Below, piece after piece: positions 50,093 through 60,493 of a stretch of DNA of 64,000 nucleotides. The translations under genes and the position numbers were made by a program. The notes beneath the pieces are model-generated. The model saw nothing but the letters and a program-made list of their open reading frames with translations, was not told where the DNA came from and ran no database searches. Source of the stretch: an uncultured Gemmatimonadales bacterium (lineage in GTDB: Bacteria > Gemmatimonadota > Gemmatimonadetes > Gemmatimonadales > GWC2-71-9); contig CAWGSK010000015.1 of the NCBI GenBank assembly GCA_963825055.1, positions 32,001 through 96,000 of the forward strand, in the 5' to 3' direction. Each line of letters starts with the position of its first letter. Position 1 is the stretch's first letter.

Positions 50093-52233
50093 CCACCTTC
50101 ACGGTTTCCCATGACGACGGGATTGCGGTGGTCACGCTCGACACGCCCGGCGCCCCGGTCAATACGATCGGTTCCGCGATCCTGGCTGAATTCGAGCAGG
50201 TGCTCGACCAGGTGCGCGACGATGGTGCGGTCCGCGCCGTGGTGCTCATCTCCGGGAAGCCGGACAACTTCATCGCCGGGGCCAATATCGAGGAGTTCAC
50301 GAAGCTCGAGACCCAGGCGGAGGCGGAGGCCCTGAGCCGTGAGGGCCAGCGGGTGCTGGACCGGGTGGATCACTTCCCGAAGCCCCTCGTGGCGGCAATT
50401 CACGGCGCCTGCCTGGGCGGCGGGACCGAACTTGCCCTCGCGTGCGACTATCGCGTCGCGACCGACCACCGGAAGACCCTGATCGGCCTGCCCGAGGTGC
50501 AGCTCGGCCTCCTGCCGGGTGCCGGAGGCTGCCAGCGGCTCCCGCGGCTCATCGGCCTGCGCGCGGCGCTCGACATCATCCTGCAGGGGAAGAGTGAGCA
50601 GCCGAAGAAGGCGCTCAGGCTCGGCCTGATCGATGAGATGGTGCCGCAGAGCATCCTGCGGCAGACCGCCCTGGCTGCAGCGCGGCGCCTGGCGGAGAAG
50701 GGGCTCCCGAAGCGGTCCCTGCCCGGGGGGGCGATGGGCTTCCTGCTGGACGGCAACCCGATCGGCCGCCGGATCGTCTACTGGCAGGCCGGCAAGACGG
50801 TCCGGAAGAAGACCGGCGGCCATTATCCCGCGCCGCTCGCCGCGCTCGACGTGGTCCGGACCGGCCTGGAGCAGGGCATCCGGAAGGGCTTCATCGCGGA
50901 GCACCAGCAGTTCGGCATGCTTGCCATGACCGATGTGTCGCGGAAGCTGATCCAGCTGTTCTTTGCCACGAACGCGCTCAAGAAGGATCCCGGCGTCCCG
51001 GCAGGGACTGCGAGTCCGCATCCCGTGGGCTACGTCGGCGTGGTCGGAGCGGGATTCATGGGCGCGGGGATCGCGGGAACGGCGGTGCTCCAGGCACGCG
51101 TGCCGGTCGGGCTCAAGGACACCGACCTTCCACGCGTCGGGCGGGGGCTCAAGGCCGCCACGGACATTCTTACCGCACGGCTCAAGCGCCGGCGCCTCGA
51201 CCGGTACGAGTATGCCCGGCTCACCGCTCTGCTCACGGGCTCGGCGGACTGGACGGCCATCCGGCTGGCGGACCTGGTCATCGAGGCAGTTTTCGAAGAC
51301 ATCGACCTGAAACACCAGGTGCTGCAGGAAACGGAGTCGCAGACCAGGGCCGGCACCGTCTTCGCCACCAACACCTCGACCATTCCGATCACCCGTATCG
51401 CGGAAGCGTCGTCGCGTCCGGGCGAGATGCTGGGGATGCACTTCTTCTCCCCCGTGGAGAAGATGCCGCTCCTCGAAGTGATTCCCACCGGGCAGACCAC
51501 CCCCGGCACCATTGCCACCGCGGTGGCCTTCGGGAAGAAGCTCGGGAAGACGGTGATTGTCGTGAAGGACCACCCGGGCTTCTGGGTGAACCGGATTCTC
51601 ACGCCGTACATGAACGAGGCGGGCCAGCTCCTGCTGGAGGGCACGCCCATCGCCCTGCTCGACCAGACCATGACGCAGTGGGGCTTCCCCGTCGGGCCCA
51701 TCGCACTGCTGGATGAGGTCGGATTCGACGTGGCCGTGAAGGCCGGGAAGGTGATGCACGAGGCCTTCGGGGACCGGCTCAAGCCCGTCGACCTGATTCC
51801 CCGGATGATCGCCGACGAGCGGCTGGGACGGAAGAACGGCCGCGGATTCTACACCTACCGCAAGGGTCACAAGGCCGGGGTGGACGAGTCGGTCTACGAA
51901 CTCCTCGGCATCCGGCCCAATGAGATGCACTCGCCGATCACCATCGAGCAGCGGCTGGTCTACGCGATGCTGAACGAGGCCGCCATGGCGGCGGGGGAGG
52001 GCGTGGTCCGGACCCCGCGCGATGGTGACATCGGCGCGATCTTCGGCATCGGGTTCCCGCCGTTTCGCGGCGGTCCACTGCAGGTAATCGACGACCTGGG
52101 CCCCAAGCAGGTGGTGCGCACGCTGCGCGAGCTGGTGGCGGCCTACGGTGAGCGGTTCACCCCGGCGCCGGTGCTGGTCGAGATGGCGGAGGAAGGCCGG
52201 CGGTTTTATCCGGGACGTGCGCCGGGAGTCTGA
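50089..52233 (+). CDS. fadJ: Fatty acid oxidation complex alpha subunit
   Basis: Enoyl-CoA hydratase domain (CLGGG.E, LPEVQLGLLPG) plus 3-hydroxyacyl-CoA dehydrogenase (GAGFMG, TNTST, GMHFFSPV); ATGA-coupled. Confidence 0.92.
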   Translation: MTTFTVSHDDGIAVVTLDTPGAPVNTIGSAILAEFEQVLDQVRDDGAVRAVVLISGKPDNFIAGANIEEFTKLETQAEAEALSREGQRVLDRVDHFPKPLVAAIHGACLGGGTELALACDYRVATDHRKTLIGLPEVQLGLLPGAGGCQRLPRLIGLRAALDIILQGKSEQPKKALRLGLIDEMVPQSILRQTALAAARRLAEKGLPKRSLPGGAMGFLLDGNPIGRRIVYWQAGKTVRKKTGGHYPAPLAALDVVRTGLEQGIRKGFIAEHQQFGMLAMTDVSRKLIQLFFATNALKKDPGVPAGTASPHPVGYVGVVGAGFMGAGIAGTAVLQARVPVGLKDTDLPRVGRGLKAATDILTARLKRRRLDRYEYARLTALLTGSADWTAIRLADLVIEAVFEDIDLKHQVLQETESQTRAGTVFATNTSTIPITRIAEASSRPGEMLGMHFFSPVEKMPLLEVIPTGQTTPGTIATAVAFGKKLGKTVIVVKDHPGFWVNRILTPYMNEAGQLLLEGTPIALLDQTMTQWGFPVGPIALLDEVGFDVAVKAGKVMHEAFGDRLKPVDLIPRMIADERLGRKNGRGFYTYRKGHKAGVDESVYELLGIRPNEMHSPITIEQRLVYAMLNEAAMAAGEGVVRTPRDGDIGAIFGIGFPPFRGGPLQVIDDLGPKQVVRTLRELVAAYGERFTPAPVLVEMAEEGRRFYPGRAPGV

Positions 52234-52952
52234 ACCGAAAGGGCCATGAGGTCATCGAGCGGGTCGCCGGGCGCCAGGTCGCGCGGCGGCCCGTTCCGCG
52301 TGAGGAGGCGGGCGGCGTGCGGGCCGACGAGGTGCATTGCGGTGCCCTCGACGCGGAGCATCGTCCCCTCACGAAGCCCGATGACGGTCGCGTCCGGGTT
52401 GGCGTGCAGGAATTCGCGCAGCCGGTCCGCCCGGGTCTCCCCCTGGTGCCTCGGCAGGACGGCGTCGGTGTAGTGCGCGTTGATCTGGAATGGGACGAGC
52501 CCGAGGGCGTCCAGGGTCCGGGGCTCGACAATCGGCATGTCGTTTGTGGTGCGGATGGTGGGACAGGCGAGGTTGGACCCCGCGCTCCAGCCGATGTAGG
52601 GCAGCCCTGAACGAACCCGTTCGCGCAGCACCTCCAGCAGGCCGGTCTCCTGCATCTCCCTGAGCAGGTTGAAGGTGTTTCCCCCGCCCACTGCCACCGC
52701 CCGGGCCTCCGCCAGGGCACCCTTCGGGTCGGCCGCCCCGTGCACGGATACGACCCGGATCCCGGCCGGCGCCAGCGCTTCCCCGACCCTGGCCGTGTAG
52801 TCGTCCCACGGGATCGTCACGCCGGCGAACGGGATGAAAGCCACCGTGTCCACCGGGCCGAGGAATTGTCCGATTTCCTCGCGCGCGTGTGACAGGTAGG
52901 GTTTGCCGAAGTTGGTGGAGTTGCTGAGCAGGAGGAGCCGCGGCGGGGTCAT
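52206..52952 (-). CDS. pepE: Dipeptidase E (S51)
   Basis: LLLSNST, GGGNTF, GWSAG, TTNDMP, HQGETR. Confidence 0.95.
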   Translation of the reverse strand: MTPPRLLLLSNSTNFGKPYLSHAREEIGQFLGPVDTVAFIPFAGVTIPWDDYTARVGEALAPAGIRVVSVHGAADPKGALAEARAVAVGGGNTFNLLREMQETGLLEVLRERVRSGLPYIGWSAGSNLACPTIRTTNDMPIVEPRTLDALGLVPFQINAHYTDAVLPRHQGETRADRLREFLHANPDATVIGLREGTMLRVEGTAMHLVGPHAARLLTRNGPPRDLAPGDPLDDLMALSVQTPGARPG

Positions 52953-52955
52953 GCC

Positions 52956-54101
52956 TCAGTCGGCGCCGACGGCCTTGGCCAGCTCTGCATTGGACTCCGC
53001 CCGCTTCATGAGCCGGACCAGGGTGGACATCGCCTCCACCGGGCTCTCGCCCGCCAGCATGCCCCGCAGGTTCCGGGACATCTCGAGGGCTTCCGGGTCG
53101 AGCAGGAGCTCTTCCCGGCGGGTCCCGCTGGCGTTGAGGTCGATGGCGGGGAAGATGCGGCGCTCCGCCAGCTCCCGGCTCAGGACCAGTTCGCTGTTGC
53201 CGGTGCCCTTGAACTCCTCGAAGATCACCTGGTCCATCCTGGAGCCGGTGTCGATCAGCGACGTCCCGATGATCGTCAGTGACCCGCCGCCCTTCGAGGG
53301 GTCCACGTTGCGGGCGCTGCCCAGGAACTTCTTCGGCTTCTCGAGGGAGTTGGCGTCCAGGCCGCCGGAGAGCGTGCGGCCGCTGCCCCGCTCGATCGTG
53401 TTGTAGGCCCGGGCCAGGCGGGTGATGGAATCGAGGATCAGGACGACGTCCTCTCCCATTTCCACACGGCGGCGGGCACGCTCCAGGGTCATCTCCGCAA
53501 TCGCCACATGCCGGTCGGCGGGGAAGTCGAAGCTCGACGCGATCACCTCGCCGAAACCGCAGAGTTCCATCTCGGTCACTTCCTCGGGGCGCTCATCCAC
53601 CAGGAGGATGTAGAGCGCGCACTCGGGATAGTTCCTCCCGAGGCCCTCGGCGATGGCCTGCAGCACCATTGTCTTGCCGGCTTTCGCGGGAGCAACGATG
53701 AGCGCGCGCTGGCCCTTTCCGAGGGGGCAGATGAGGTCGATGATGCGGTTGGTCATGTCCTTCTGCCCGCCGCGCACCATGCCGCAGTCCAGCATGAGCT
53801 GCTGGTCCGGGTGGGTGGCCGGAAGCCGGCTGAAGTCGGGCCGGCGCCGCAGTTCTTCCGGCGGCCGCCCGTTGACCGAAACGATCGTGTTGAGCGTGGG
53901 ATTCCGACCCCGGCCGCGGCCCTGCTGGCGGCCGACCTCGCCGGTGATCTCGTCACCGGTGCGAAGCTCGTATTGCTTGATGAGGCGGGGGTTGACGTGG
54001 ATGTCGCCGGAACCGGCGAGATAACCGTGTTCGCGGCGGCGGAGGAAGCCCGCACCGCGGTCGGTGATGTCGAGGACGCCGAGCGTCTGGGAATCACTCA
54101 T
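52956..54101 (-). CDS. rho: Transcription termination factor Rho (short form)
   Basis: GFLR RNA-binding motif, GKGQR..APAKAGKT, DERPEEVT, DSITRLARAYN, FEEFKGTGNSE, SGTRREE. Confidence 0.93.
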   Translation of the reverse strand: MSDSQTLGVLDITDRGAGFLRRREHGYLAGSGDIHVNPRLIKQYELRTGDEITGEVGRQQGRGRGRNPTLNTIVSVNGRPPEELRRRPDFSRLPATHPDQQLMLDCGMVRGGQKDMTNRIIDLICPLGKGQRALIVAPAKAGKTMVLQAIAEGLGRNYPECALYILLVDERPEEVTEMELCGFGEVIASSFDFPADRHVAIAEMTLERARRRVEMGEDVVLILDSITRLARAYNTIERGSGRTLSGGLDANSLEKPKKFLGSARNVDPSKGGGSLTIIGTSLIDTGSRMDQVIFEEFKGTGNSELVLSRELAERRIFPAIDLNASGTRREELLLDPEALEMSRNLRGMLAGESPVEAMSTLVRLMKRAESNAELAKAVGAD

Positions 54102-54319
54102 GAAATTTTCGGGATCACTCTCGAGTCGGGAACGGTCGCTGGCGCGGTCCGTCGCCCCGCGGGCGATGCGGACATGACCGGGATGCGTACTGTAGGGGGG
54201 CTCCCTTCCTGCCGGCGGGCAGACCCGCCGGACAGGGGAAAGGTGGCCCGGCAACCGCCGCACCGCAAGGTGATGGCGATTTCCGGTGACCGCACGGGCC
54301 GGCCCGGGGCCGGCCGGCG

Positions 54320-54778
54320 TTACGGTGTGTGGGTCGCGAAGACCGTGGTCTTGCCGTCCCGGTCAAACGTGAGCACCTGGTACGCCTGCGGCTTTCCACC
54401 CTCCATGCCGGGCGATCCGGCCGGCATGCCGGGAACCGCGAGGCCCAGGACCTTCGGTTTTTCCTTCAGGAACCGGGCGAGGTCGGCAGCCGGCACATGG
54501 CCCTCGACGACGTAGCCGGCGACCACCGCGGTATGGCACGAGGTCATCGCGCGAGGCACTCCGAGCATGATCTTTGTCTCGGAGAGGTCGTCCTGGTCAT
54601 GGACCTTGACGGTGAAGCCGTTGGCCCTGAGGTGGTCGACCCACGCGCTGCAGCAGCCGCAGGACGGCGACTTGTAGACCGTGACCTCGGGTGCGGGCGT
54701 GGAGGACGTGACAGCGGCGGCGGCCAGGACGCCCACGAGGGCGAGCGGCGCGAGAAGCCGGAGCAATCGGAAACGCAT
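54320..54778 (-). CDS. DUF411 putative metal-binding protein
   Basis: YKSPSCGCC..W, SCHTA, EGHVP, GLAVPGMP.GSPGME. Confidence 0.93.
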   Translation of the reverse strand: MRFRLLRLLAPLALVGVLAAAAVTSSTPAPEVTVYKSPSCGCCSAWVDHLRANGFTVKVHDQDDLSETKIMLGVPRAMTSCHTAVVAGYVVEGHVPAADLARFLKEKPKVLGLAVPGMPAGSPGMEGGKPQAYQVLTFDRDGKTTVFATHTP

Positions 54779-54877
54779 GGTAGAAAATCCGGTCATGAAG
54801 GAGAATGGTACGGCGCATCGCGCGCCGACCTGATCGGACAGTAACGCCGCCGGCGGAGAAGACAAGACGCCGGGCGG

Positions 54878-55300
54878 CTATTCTGTCGCGAAGATCGTGG
54901 CCGAATCCCGGAAAGCCTTGAATTCCAGCGCGTTACCCGACGGGTCCAGCAGGAACATGGTGGCCTGTTCGCCGGGCTTCCCGCGGAAGCGGATGCCGGG
55001 CTCGATGATGAACTTTACGCCGGCCTCCCGCAGCCGGGCGGCCAGCCGCTCCCACTCTTCCCACCCAAGGATGACCCCGAAGTGGCGTACGGGCACGTCA
55101 TGGCCATCCACGCGGTTGGTCGGCCCGCCGGCCGCCGCCGGCGCCAGGTGAGCGACGATCTGGTGCCCATAAAAGTCAAAGTCCACCCACTCGCTGCTGC
55201 TCCGGCCCTCGGCGCAGCCAAGGAGCTCCCCATAGAACCCCCGGGTGACGGACAGGTCCTGTACGGGGAAGGCAAGGTGGAAGGGAGGCAGGTTGGCCAT
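54878..55300 (-). CDS. VOC/glyoxalase family protein
   Basis: [29 protein letters not shown]. Confidence 0.9.
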   Translation of the reverse strand: MANLPPFHLAFPVQDLSVTRGFYGELLGCAEGRSSSEWVDFDFYGHQIVAHLAPAAAGGPTNRVDGHDVPVRHFGVILGWEEWERLAARLREAGVKFIIEPGIRFRGKPGEQATMFLLDPSGNALEFKAFRDSATIFATE

Positions 55301-55319
55301 GGGGTCGACCAGTATGAGG

Positions 55320-55346
55320 GCGGACAGGACGGACAAGACGGTCCAA
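55320..55346 (+). repeat. Short RCGGACARG array (x3)
   Basis: gcggacagg acggacaag acggtccaa. Confidence 0.65.
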
Positions 55347-55370
55347 AAGGAGATACAGTCAACAACTACC

Positions 55371-55419
55371 TTCCCGATTCCCGATTCCCGATTCCCGACA
55401 CCCGACCGCCGACTGCCGA
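55371..55419 (+). repeat. 7-mer array TTCCCGA x4 grading to CTGCCGA, abutting the M14 stop
   Basis: ttcccga x4, cacccga, ccgccga, ctgccga. Confidence 0.9.
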
Positions 55420-57141
55420 CTAACGCTTCCTCGTATCCACCCCGCCCTTTTCGGAGTCGGCTGTGACGGTGAACGGCCCCCGCCCCCTCACGAGCCACCG
55501 GACGGTGACGGTGCCCATGCCCGGAATGTTGTCGACGTCGATCCGGGCCGGGTGCAGCTTCTGTTCCCGTGCGAGGTTCTGGCGCGGATCCTCGACCACG
55601 AACCCTGCCACCACCTCGCCCCCGGCCAGCGCGATCCGGTCCGGACGCGTAATGTGATGCTCCAGGTCCTGCTGGGTATGCGTGGCCACGAGTCGAGTGT
55701 TGGCGACCACGGCCGTGACTTCCGTGAGGCCGCCGCCCATGTCCCGGGTGATGATGGAATCAACATGCACCAGCGGCATCTGGCTGGCCTGGTACAGCGT
55801 GAAAGCCATGTTCCGGTGCGCCTCGGCCGGCAGGAGGAAGCCGGGAATGGCGCGCGTGTACTGCTTCTTGACGCCGCCCACCTCGATGGCGCCATACTGG
55901 GGATGCTGGACCGGCGTCCAGGGGACCACGGCCTCCTGGAAGAGGAGCAGCCGGTCGAACCGGTAGTCGACGTCATCGTATTCCTCGCGGGATTCGGGCT
56001 TCGAGAAATAGTTGAACGCCGTCCACAGCTCGTTGCTGAACGTCACCACGCCCAGGGCGCCATAGAACCAGTCGAGCTCGCCACCCCACACCGTGTACAG
56101 GTCCTTCCACACGACCATGTATTTGTAGCCGGGCAGGATCTCCTCGCCCCGGTGCCCGATGACGTCGTAGGTCCGGACGTCCTGCGGCCGGTACTCATCC
56201 CCCTGCTCGCCTGGACCCCGGAGGATCATGCCGCCGTTGTTGTGGTAGGTCTGTGCGCCCGCGATGTTCGGATGTGCGTAGCCGAATGCCATGACGGCCC
56301 GAGTCTCGGGCAGGGACGTCGGGTAGTAGTCGGCTCCGCCCTGGACGTACTGCGGCTGCCAGTTCCAGGGCCAGTTCCGGTTCGGGTCATAGTAGCCCGG
56401 CCCGTCCTCGTTTACCCGGCCGTCACCGTCGTTGTCCACGCCTTCATAGCCGAGCAGGTCCCATTCGCCGGCCTCGTCCGGGCGGGCACGGATCATCAGC
56501 CGCGGGTCCACCGGCGAAGTCTTCCAACGGCCGCGCGGATCCCGGCGGCGCATCATGGTGATGAAGCCGTCGCCGTTCAGGTCGTCGTAGCCGTCCTCGT
56601 CCACCGCTCCGTCGCCGTCATCGTCCCGGGGCGCGAGGCCACTGCGGGGCGAGTGGGGGTTGTCGGCTTCCTTCAGGAAGTGCTCCCGACCGTCCGGATT
56701 GATGGTGGGAATGATGTAGAACACCCGTTCGTTGAGCAGGCTGTCCACCCACGGCACCCGGTCGGCCATCTCGCAGAGGTACCACGCCGTATATAGCGCG
56801 ATCTCCGTGCCCTGGATCTCGTTCGAGTGGATGTTGCCGTCGATGTACATCGCCGGCTTCCGGTCCGGGTCGCCCACCTTGAAATTGGTGACTGTCAGGA
56901 GCCAGAGCTCACGGCCCTCCACGCTCTTCCCGATCGAGCCGAGCCGGCAGCGGTCGGGCCAGGCGGCCTGGAGCTTCCGGCCGATCTCGCCGATGGCCGC
57001 GTGATCGTAGTAGCGGTCCCAGTGGGCGGGGACCTTCGGGTCTGGTGGCGCACCCAGCGCGGCCAGGGCGCCGGCCTGGGCGGAAGCGCCGGCGAGAGGG
57101 AACGCGAGCAGCGCGGCCAGCAACAGGAGTGGGCGGTTCAT
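55420..57141 (-). CDS. M14 zinc carboxypeptidase-family protein (intact motifs)
   Basis: GNIHSNE (HxxE), NPDG, DPNRNW, YHN, ELW; DxDGDG Ca-binding loops; signal peptide. Confidence 0.9.
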   Translation of the reverse strand: MNRPLLLLAALLAFPLAGASAQAGALAALGAPPDPKVPAHWDRYYDHAAIGEIGRKLQAAWPDRCRLGSIGKSVEGRELWLLTVTNFKVGDPDRKPAMYIDGNIHSNEIQGTEIALYTAWYLCEMADRVPWVDSLLNERVFYIIPTINPDGREHFLKEADNPHSPRSGLAPRDDDGDGAVDEDGYDDLNGDGFITMMRRRDPRGRWKTSPVDPRLMIRARPDEAGEWDLLGYEGVDNDGDGRVNEDGPGYYDPNRNWPWNWQPQYVQGGADYYPTSLPETRAVMAFGYAHPNIAGAQTYHNNGGMILRGPGEQGDEYRPQDVRTYDVIGHRGEEILPGYKYMVVWKDLYTVWGGELDWFYGALGVVTFSNELWTAFNYFSKPESREEYDDVDYRFDRLLLFQEAVVPWTPVQHPQYGAIEVGGVKKQYTRAIPGFLLPAEAHRNMAFTLYQASQMPLVHVDSIITRDMGGGLTEVTAVVANTRLVATHTQQDLEHHITRPDRIALAGGEVVAGFVVEDPRQNLAREQKLHPARIDVDNIPGMGTVTVRWLVRGRGPFTVTADSEKGGVDTRKR

Positions 57142-58904
57142 CGGTTCCCCCGGTCGGCGCGGAGGGTGAGCGGATAGCTGGCCATGCCGGCCACGGGACT
57201 GCTGGCGCGCAGCGTCACGCGCGAGCCCGGGTCGCCCACGACGACCCAGGTGAGTTCATGCGACCTGCCGCTGCCGGGAATGGGGTCCAGCAGCTGCGTG
57301 GTGCGTCCGCCGGTCAGGGACTGGTTGGCGCCGGTGACCAGCTCGACCCGGATCCGGCGGGGCCAGCGGACCATGCCGCCCAGTTCCGACTGGGTCGGCA
57401 GGTATCCCGCATTCGAGATCTCGGCGGTGATGCGGAAGACCCGGCTGCCCAGCGCCTCGACGCGCACGTTGCGTACCTCGGCACGTGGCAGCGCCTCGAG
57501 CATCGAGCGCACGAACGCCACCTGGCCCGGCGCGATCGAATCGAGCATGGCCGCCGGCGGGTTGGTCCGGGCAAACGGGCGGAACCCGCCGACCTCCACC
57601 CGGCGATTGGGAAAGTCGGGGTGCGGGATCTCCGTCCAGGCGATGATGCCGTCGGGGCGGTTCGCCCTCAACCAGGCGAGCGCCTGGCGGTCCTCCGCGA
57701 GCGGGTCGTCTTTTTTCTCCCCGCCTCCGCCGGCTCGCGCCATCTTCGGTCTCGCCTCCCCGCTGTCGGCGCTCTCCTTCGCCGCCGGCGGCCACCAGGC
57801 CGGCGCGCCGAAGGCCCAGCGGCCCATGTGGTAGTAGGAGAAGGAAAGCGGGTCTCCCTCGAGCGCGGCCGATGCGGGCCCCTTCTCGCGCCCGGTCGCT
57901 TCGCGGTAGCGGCGCGCCATCTCGGCGAACCACGGTGCGTCATCGTCCGTCACTGAAGTGAGCGGACGGCGCGAGCGCCCTCCGCCCTCGCTGCTCCCCC
58001 CGGCCGCTTTCTTGTGCTCCCATGCCTTGAGCAGGTTGTCCTGCGGGCCGAGGACATACACCTCGGTGACATTGGGATGGTCCACGAAGAACTGCGCGAT
58101 GGCGCGGGCCTCGGGCGCGTCGAACGGGTAGCGGCCCGCCGCCTCGCCGAAGAACGAATAGCCGTAACTGAAATTCCGGTTGATGTCGATGCCGCCCGGC
58201 GGGTCCTCGTTCCACTGCTCATCCCCGTCGGTGTCGGTCCCCTCGACCATCAGGCGGTACCGGCCTGATTCCCCCTTCGCCGGGTCGGCCTTCCGCATCA
58301 GCACGGGGTCGGCGGAGTCGGCAATCCACTCACCCGCCGGGTCCTCCACCCGCATCATCGTGATCAGGCCGTCGCCGTTCAGGTCCTCGGGCCCGTCCTC
58401 GTCCACCGCCTGGTCCCGGTCATCGTCCATGGCGGCCCCGTTGCGGATCCGTTCCATGAGCGGTTTGCCGAACATCGCTTCGGCGGCGTCAGGGTTCGCG
58501 CGGGGGATCACGTAGAGCGTGGTCCGCCCGAGCAGCCCCTTGAGTGCCGTGTCGCCGGCCGCGCCTTCCGCGAGGCGCGTGGCCACCGCGAGCGCGACCT
58601 CGCTGCCCGCGACATGAGTGCCTTCCGCATTGGCGATGACCAGCAGGGCCGGTCGCTCGTCCACGTCATCCCCGCGGCCGAGCCGTACTGCATAGACCGG
58701 GCGGCCGCCGGGTGAGCGCGCCAGCTCGGTGACCCGGACCAGGCCGCCCTGCGCGCCGGCCAGGCGATCGAATGCGGTGCGGAGTGCCGCGGCATCATGG
58801 TAGGCGGCTTGTGCCGCGAGGGGCCGGCCGGCGACCGTGACGGCCAGCAGGAGGGCCAGGCCGAGGGCCGCCGGGACTGGGGTTCTGTGGGGAAGCAGAG
58901 CCAT
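57138..58904 (-). CDS. M14-like paralogue with degenerate zinc ligands
   Basis: Same scaffold (NPD, DLNGDGLITMMR, DINRNF), but ANAEGTH replaces the HxxE motif; ATGA-coupled to the downstream M14 gene. Confidence 0.8.
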   Translation of the reverse strand: MALLPHRTPVPAALGLALLLAVTVAGRPLAAQAAYHDAAALRTAFDRLAGAQGGLVRVTELARSPGGRPVYAVRLGRGDDVDERPALLVIANAEGTHVAGSEVALAVATRLAEGAAGDTALKGLLGRTTLYVIPRANPDAAEAMFGKPLMERIRNGAAMDDDRDQAVDEDGPEDLNGDGLITMMRVEDPAGEWIADSADPVLMRKADPAKGESGRYRLMVEGTDTDGDEQWNEDPPGGIDINRNFSYGYSFFGEAAGRYPFDAPEARAIAQFFVDHPNVTEVYVLGPQDNLLKAWEHKKAAGGSSEGGGRSRRPLTSVTDDDAPWFAEMARRYREATGREKGPASAALEGDPLSFSYYHMGRWAFGAPAWWPPAAKESADSGEARPKMARAGGGGEKKDDPLAEDRQALAWLRANRPDGIIAWTEIPHPDFPNRRVEVGGFRPFARTNPPAAMLDSIAPGQVAFVRSMLEALPRAEVRNVRVEALGSRVFRITAEISNAGYLPTQSELGGMVRWPRRIRVELVTGANQSLTGGRTTQLLDPIPGSGRSHELTWVVVGDPGSRVTLRASSPVAGMASYPLTLRADRGNR

Positions 58905-58963
58905 GATCCGTTCTTGTTGGAAGGGGTGGTGGAAGCTGGCCCGAAAGCAGCCGGATGACAAGT

Positions 58964-60493
58964 TCAGATGCCGCGCGGGCGCACCGACCGTTCCACGGCC
59001 GCCAGCGTCCCGTCGACGGCGAGGGCCAGCAGCGCGGCCGGGATGGCGCCGGAGAGGATCATGCGCGGATCCGAGAGTGCCAGGCCGGCCACGATCGGGT
59101 CACCGAGACCGCCCGCCCCGATGAACGCGGCGAGCGTGGCCGTGCCGACATTGATGACCGCGGCGGTGCGGATGCCGGCCATGATGACCGGCGCAGCCAG
59201 CGGGAGCCGCACATGACGGAGTACCTGGAAAGGCGTCATGCCCAGGGCGGTCGCGGGACCGGCGACGCTGCTCCCCGCCTGGCGCAGGCCGCTGTACGTG
59301 TTCCGGAGGATCGGGTACAGCGAATAGAGAAACAGCGCCACCAGTGCCGGTACCACGCCGATGCCGAGCAGCGGGATCATGAACGCGAGCAGGGCGATGC
59401 CCGGAATTGTCTGCAGCAGCCCGACACCGCGAACAGCGGTCTCCGCCATCGCCGGAAGCCGCGTGAGAGCCAGGCCCAGCGGCACGGCGACGAGGATCGC
59501 CGCGACGAGGGACAGCGCAACGAGGAGCAGGTGGCGGCCGGTGAGCGAGAGCAGGTGGGCACGCCCGGATACGAGATACGCAAGGAAGCCCGGACGTTCC
59601 GGCGCCGTGGAGACGGCCCCGGTCGAGTCCGCCATGCCGATCTCCCGGAGGGCATCCGCCGCCACCCGGCCCACCGGCTCGTTGTCCACTTCCACGCGCC
59701 GGTTCCATCGGCGCACCATCGCCAGGTTCATTCGCCCGGAGAGGCGCGCCAGCGCCGCGATGGCAGCCGGCTGCTCCTCCGCCAGCCGCCGGCCGGCCAC
59801 TGCCGCTGCTTCATAGGGCGGGAAGAACCGCCGGTCGTCCTCCAGGACGGTGAGGTCGTAACGCGCAATCAATCCATCGGTCGAGTAGCCGTCGATCACG
59901 TCGACCCGGCCGGCGGCGAGAGCCTGGTACTTGACCGCCTGCAGGAGGGACCGGACGTCCTTCAGGTGGAGGTCGTAGGCGCCGGCAAGGCCGGGCAGCC
60001 CGTCGGGCCGGCCGATGAAATCCGGCGTGAAGCCCCCGATGAGGTGGGGAGACTCCCGCGCAAGGTCACTCAGTGTCCGCAATCCCAGCGAATCCGCCAT
60101 CGGGGTGCGGACGGCGATGGCGTAGGTGTTCTCGAACCCGAGCGGCGGCAGCCACTGGATGCCCCAGCGGCGATGGAACTCGGTCGCGACGCGGGTGAAG
60201 GCTGAGTGCGGGTTGGTGGCCGGCGATTCGTGGAGAATGGCCGTGAGGCCCGTGCCCGTGTATTCGGGGTATACGTCGATCCCGCCGTTCCGGAGGGCCT
60301 GAAACGCGATCTCGGTGGCGCCGAGTCCGGGACGGCGGCTGACCCGGAATCCTGCCTGCTCCAGGGTCTGCGCAAACATCTCTGCCAGCAGGTAGGACTC
60401 CGCGAACGGCTTTGAGGCCACGATGACTGGATCCTGCGCCCGCGCGGTGGCTGGGGAAAGCAGTGCGAGCGCCAGGCACCAGGGCCTACGCAT
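58964..60493 (-). CDS. ABC transporter with fused substrate-binding protein and permease (QAT/OpuC-EgtU-like)
   Basis: YPEYTGT, GFENTYA, YSTDG, FPPY, followed by permease QTIPGIAL, GMT, GAGGLG. Confidence 0.9.
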   Translation of the reverse strand: MRRPWCLALALLSPATARAQDPVIVASKPFAESYLLAEMFAQTLEQAGFRVSRRPGLGATEIAFQALRNGGIDVYPEYTGTGLTAILHESPATNPHSAFTRVATEFHRRWGIQWLPPLGFENTYAIAVRTPMADSLGLRTLSDLARESPHLIGGFTPDFIGRPDGLPGLAGAYDLHLKDVRSLLQAVKYQALAAGRVDVIDGYSTDGLIARYDLTVLEDDRRFFPPYEAAAVAGRRLAEEQPAAIAALARLSGRMNLAMVRRWNRRVEVDNEPVGRVAADALREIGMADSTGAVSTAPERPGFLAYLVSGRAHLLSLTGRHLLLVALSLVAAILVAVPLGLALTRLPAMAETAVRGVGLLQTIPGIALLAFMIPLLGIGVVPALVALFLYSLYPILRNTYSGLRQAGSSVAGPATALGMTPFQVLRHVRLPLAAPVIMAGIRTAAVINVGTATLAAFIGAGGLGDPIVAGLALSDPRMILSGAIPAALLALAVDGTLAAVERSVRPRGI

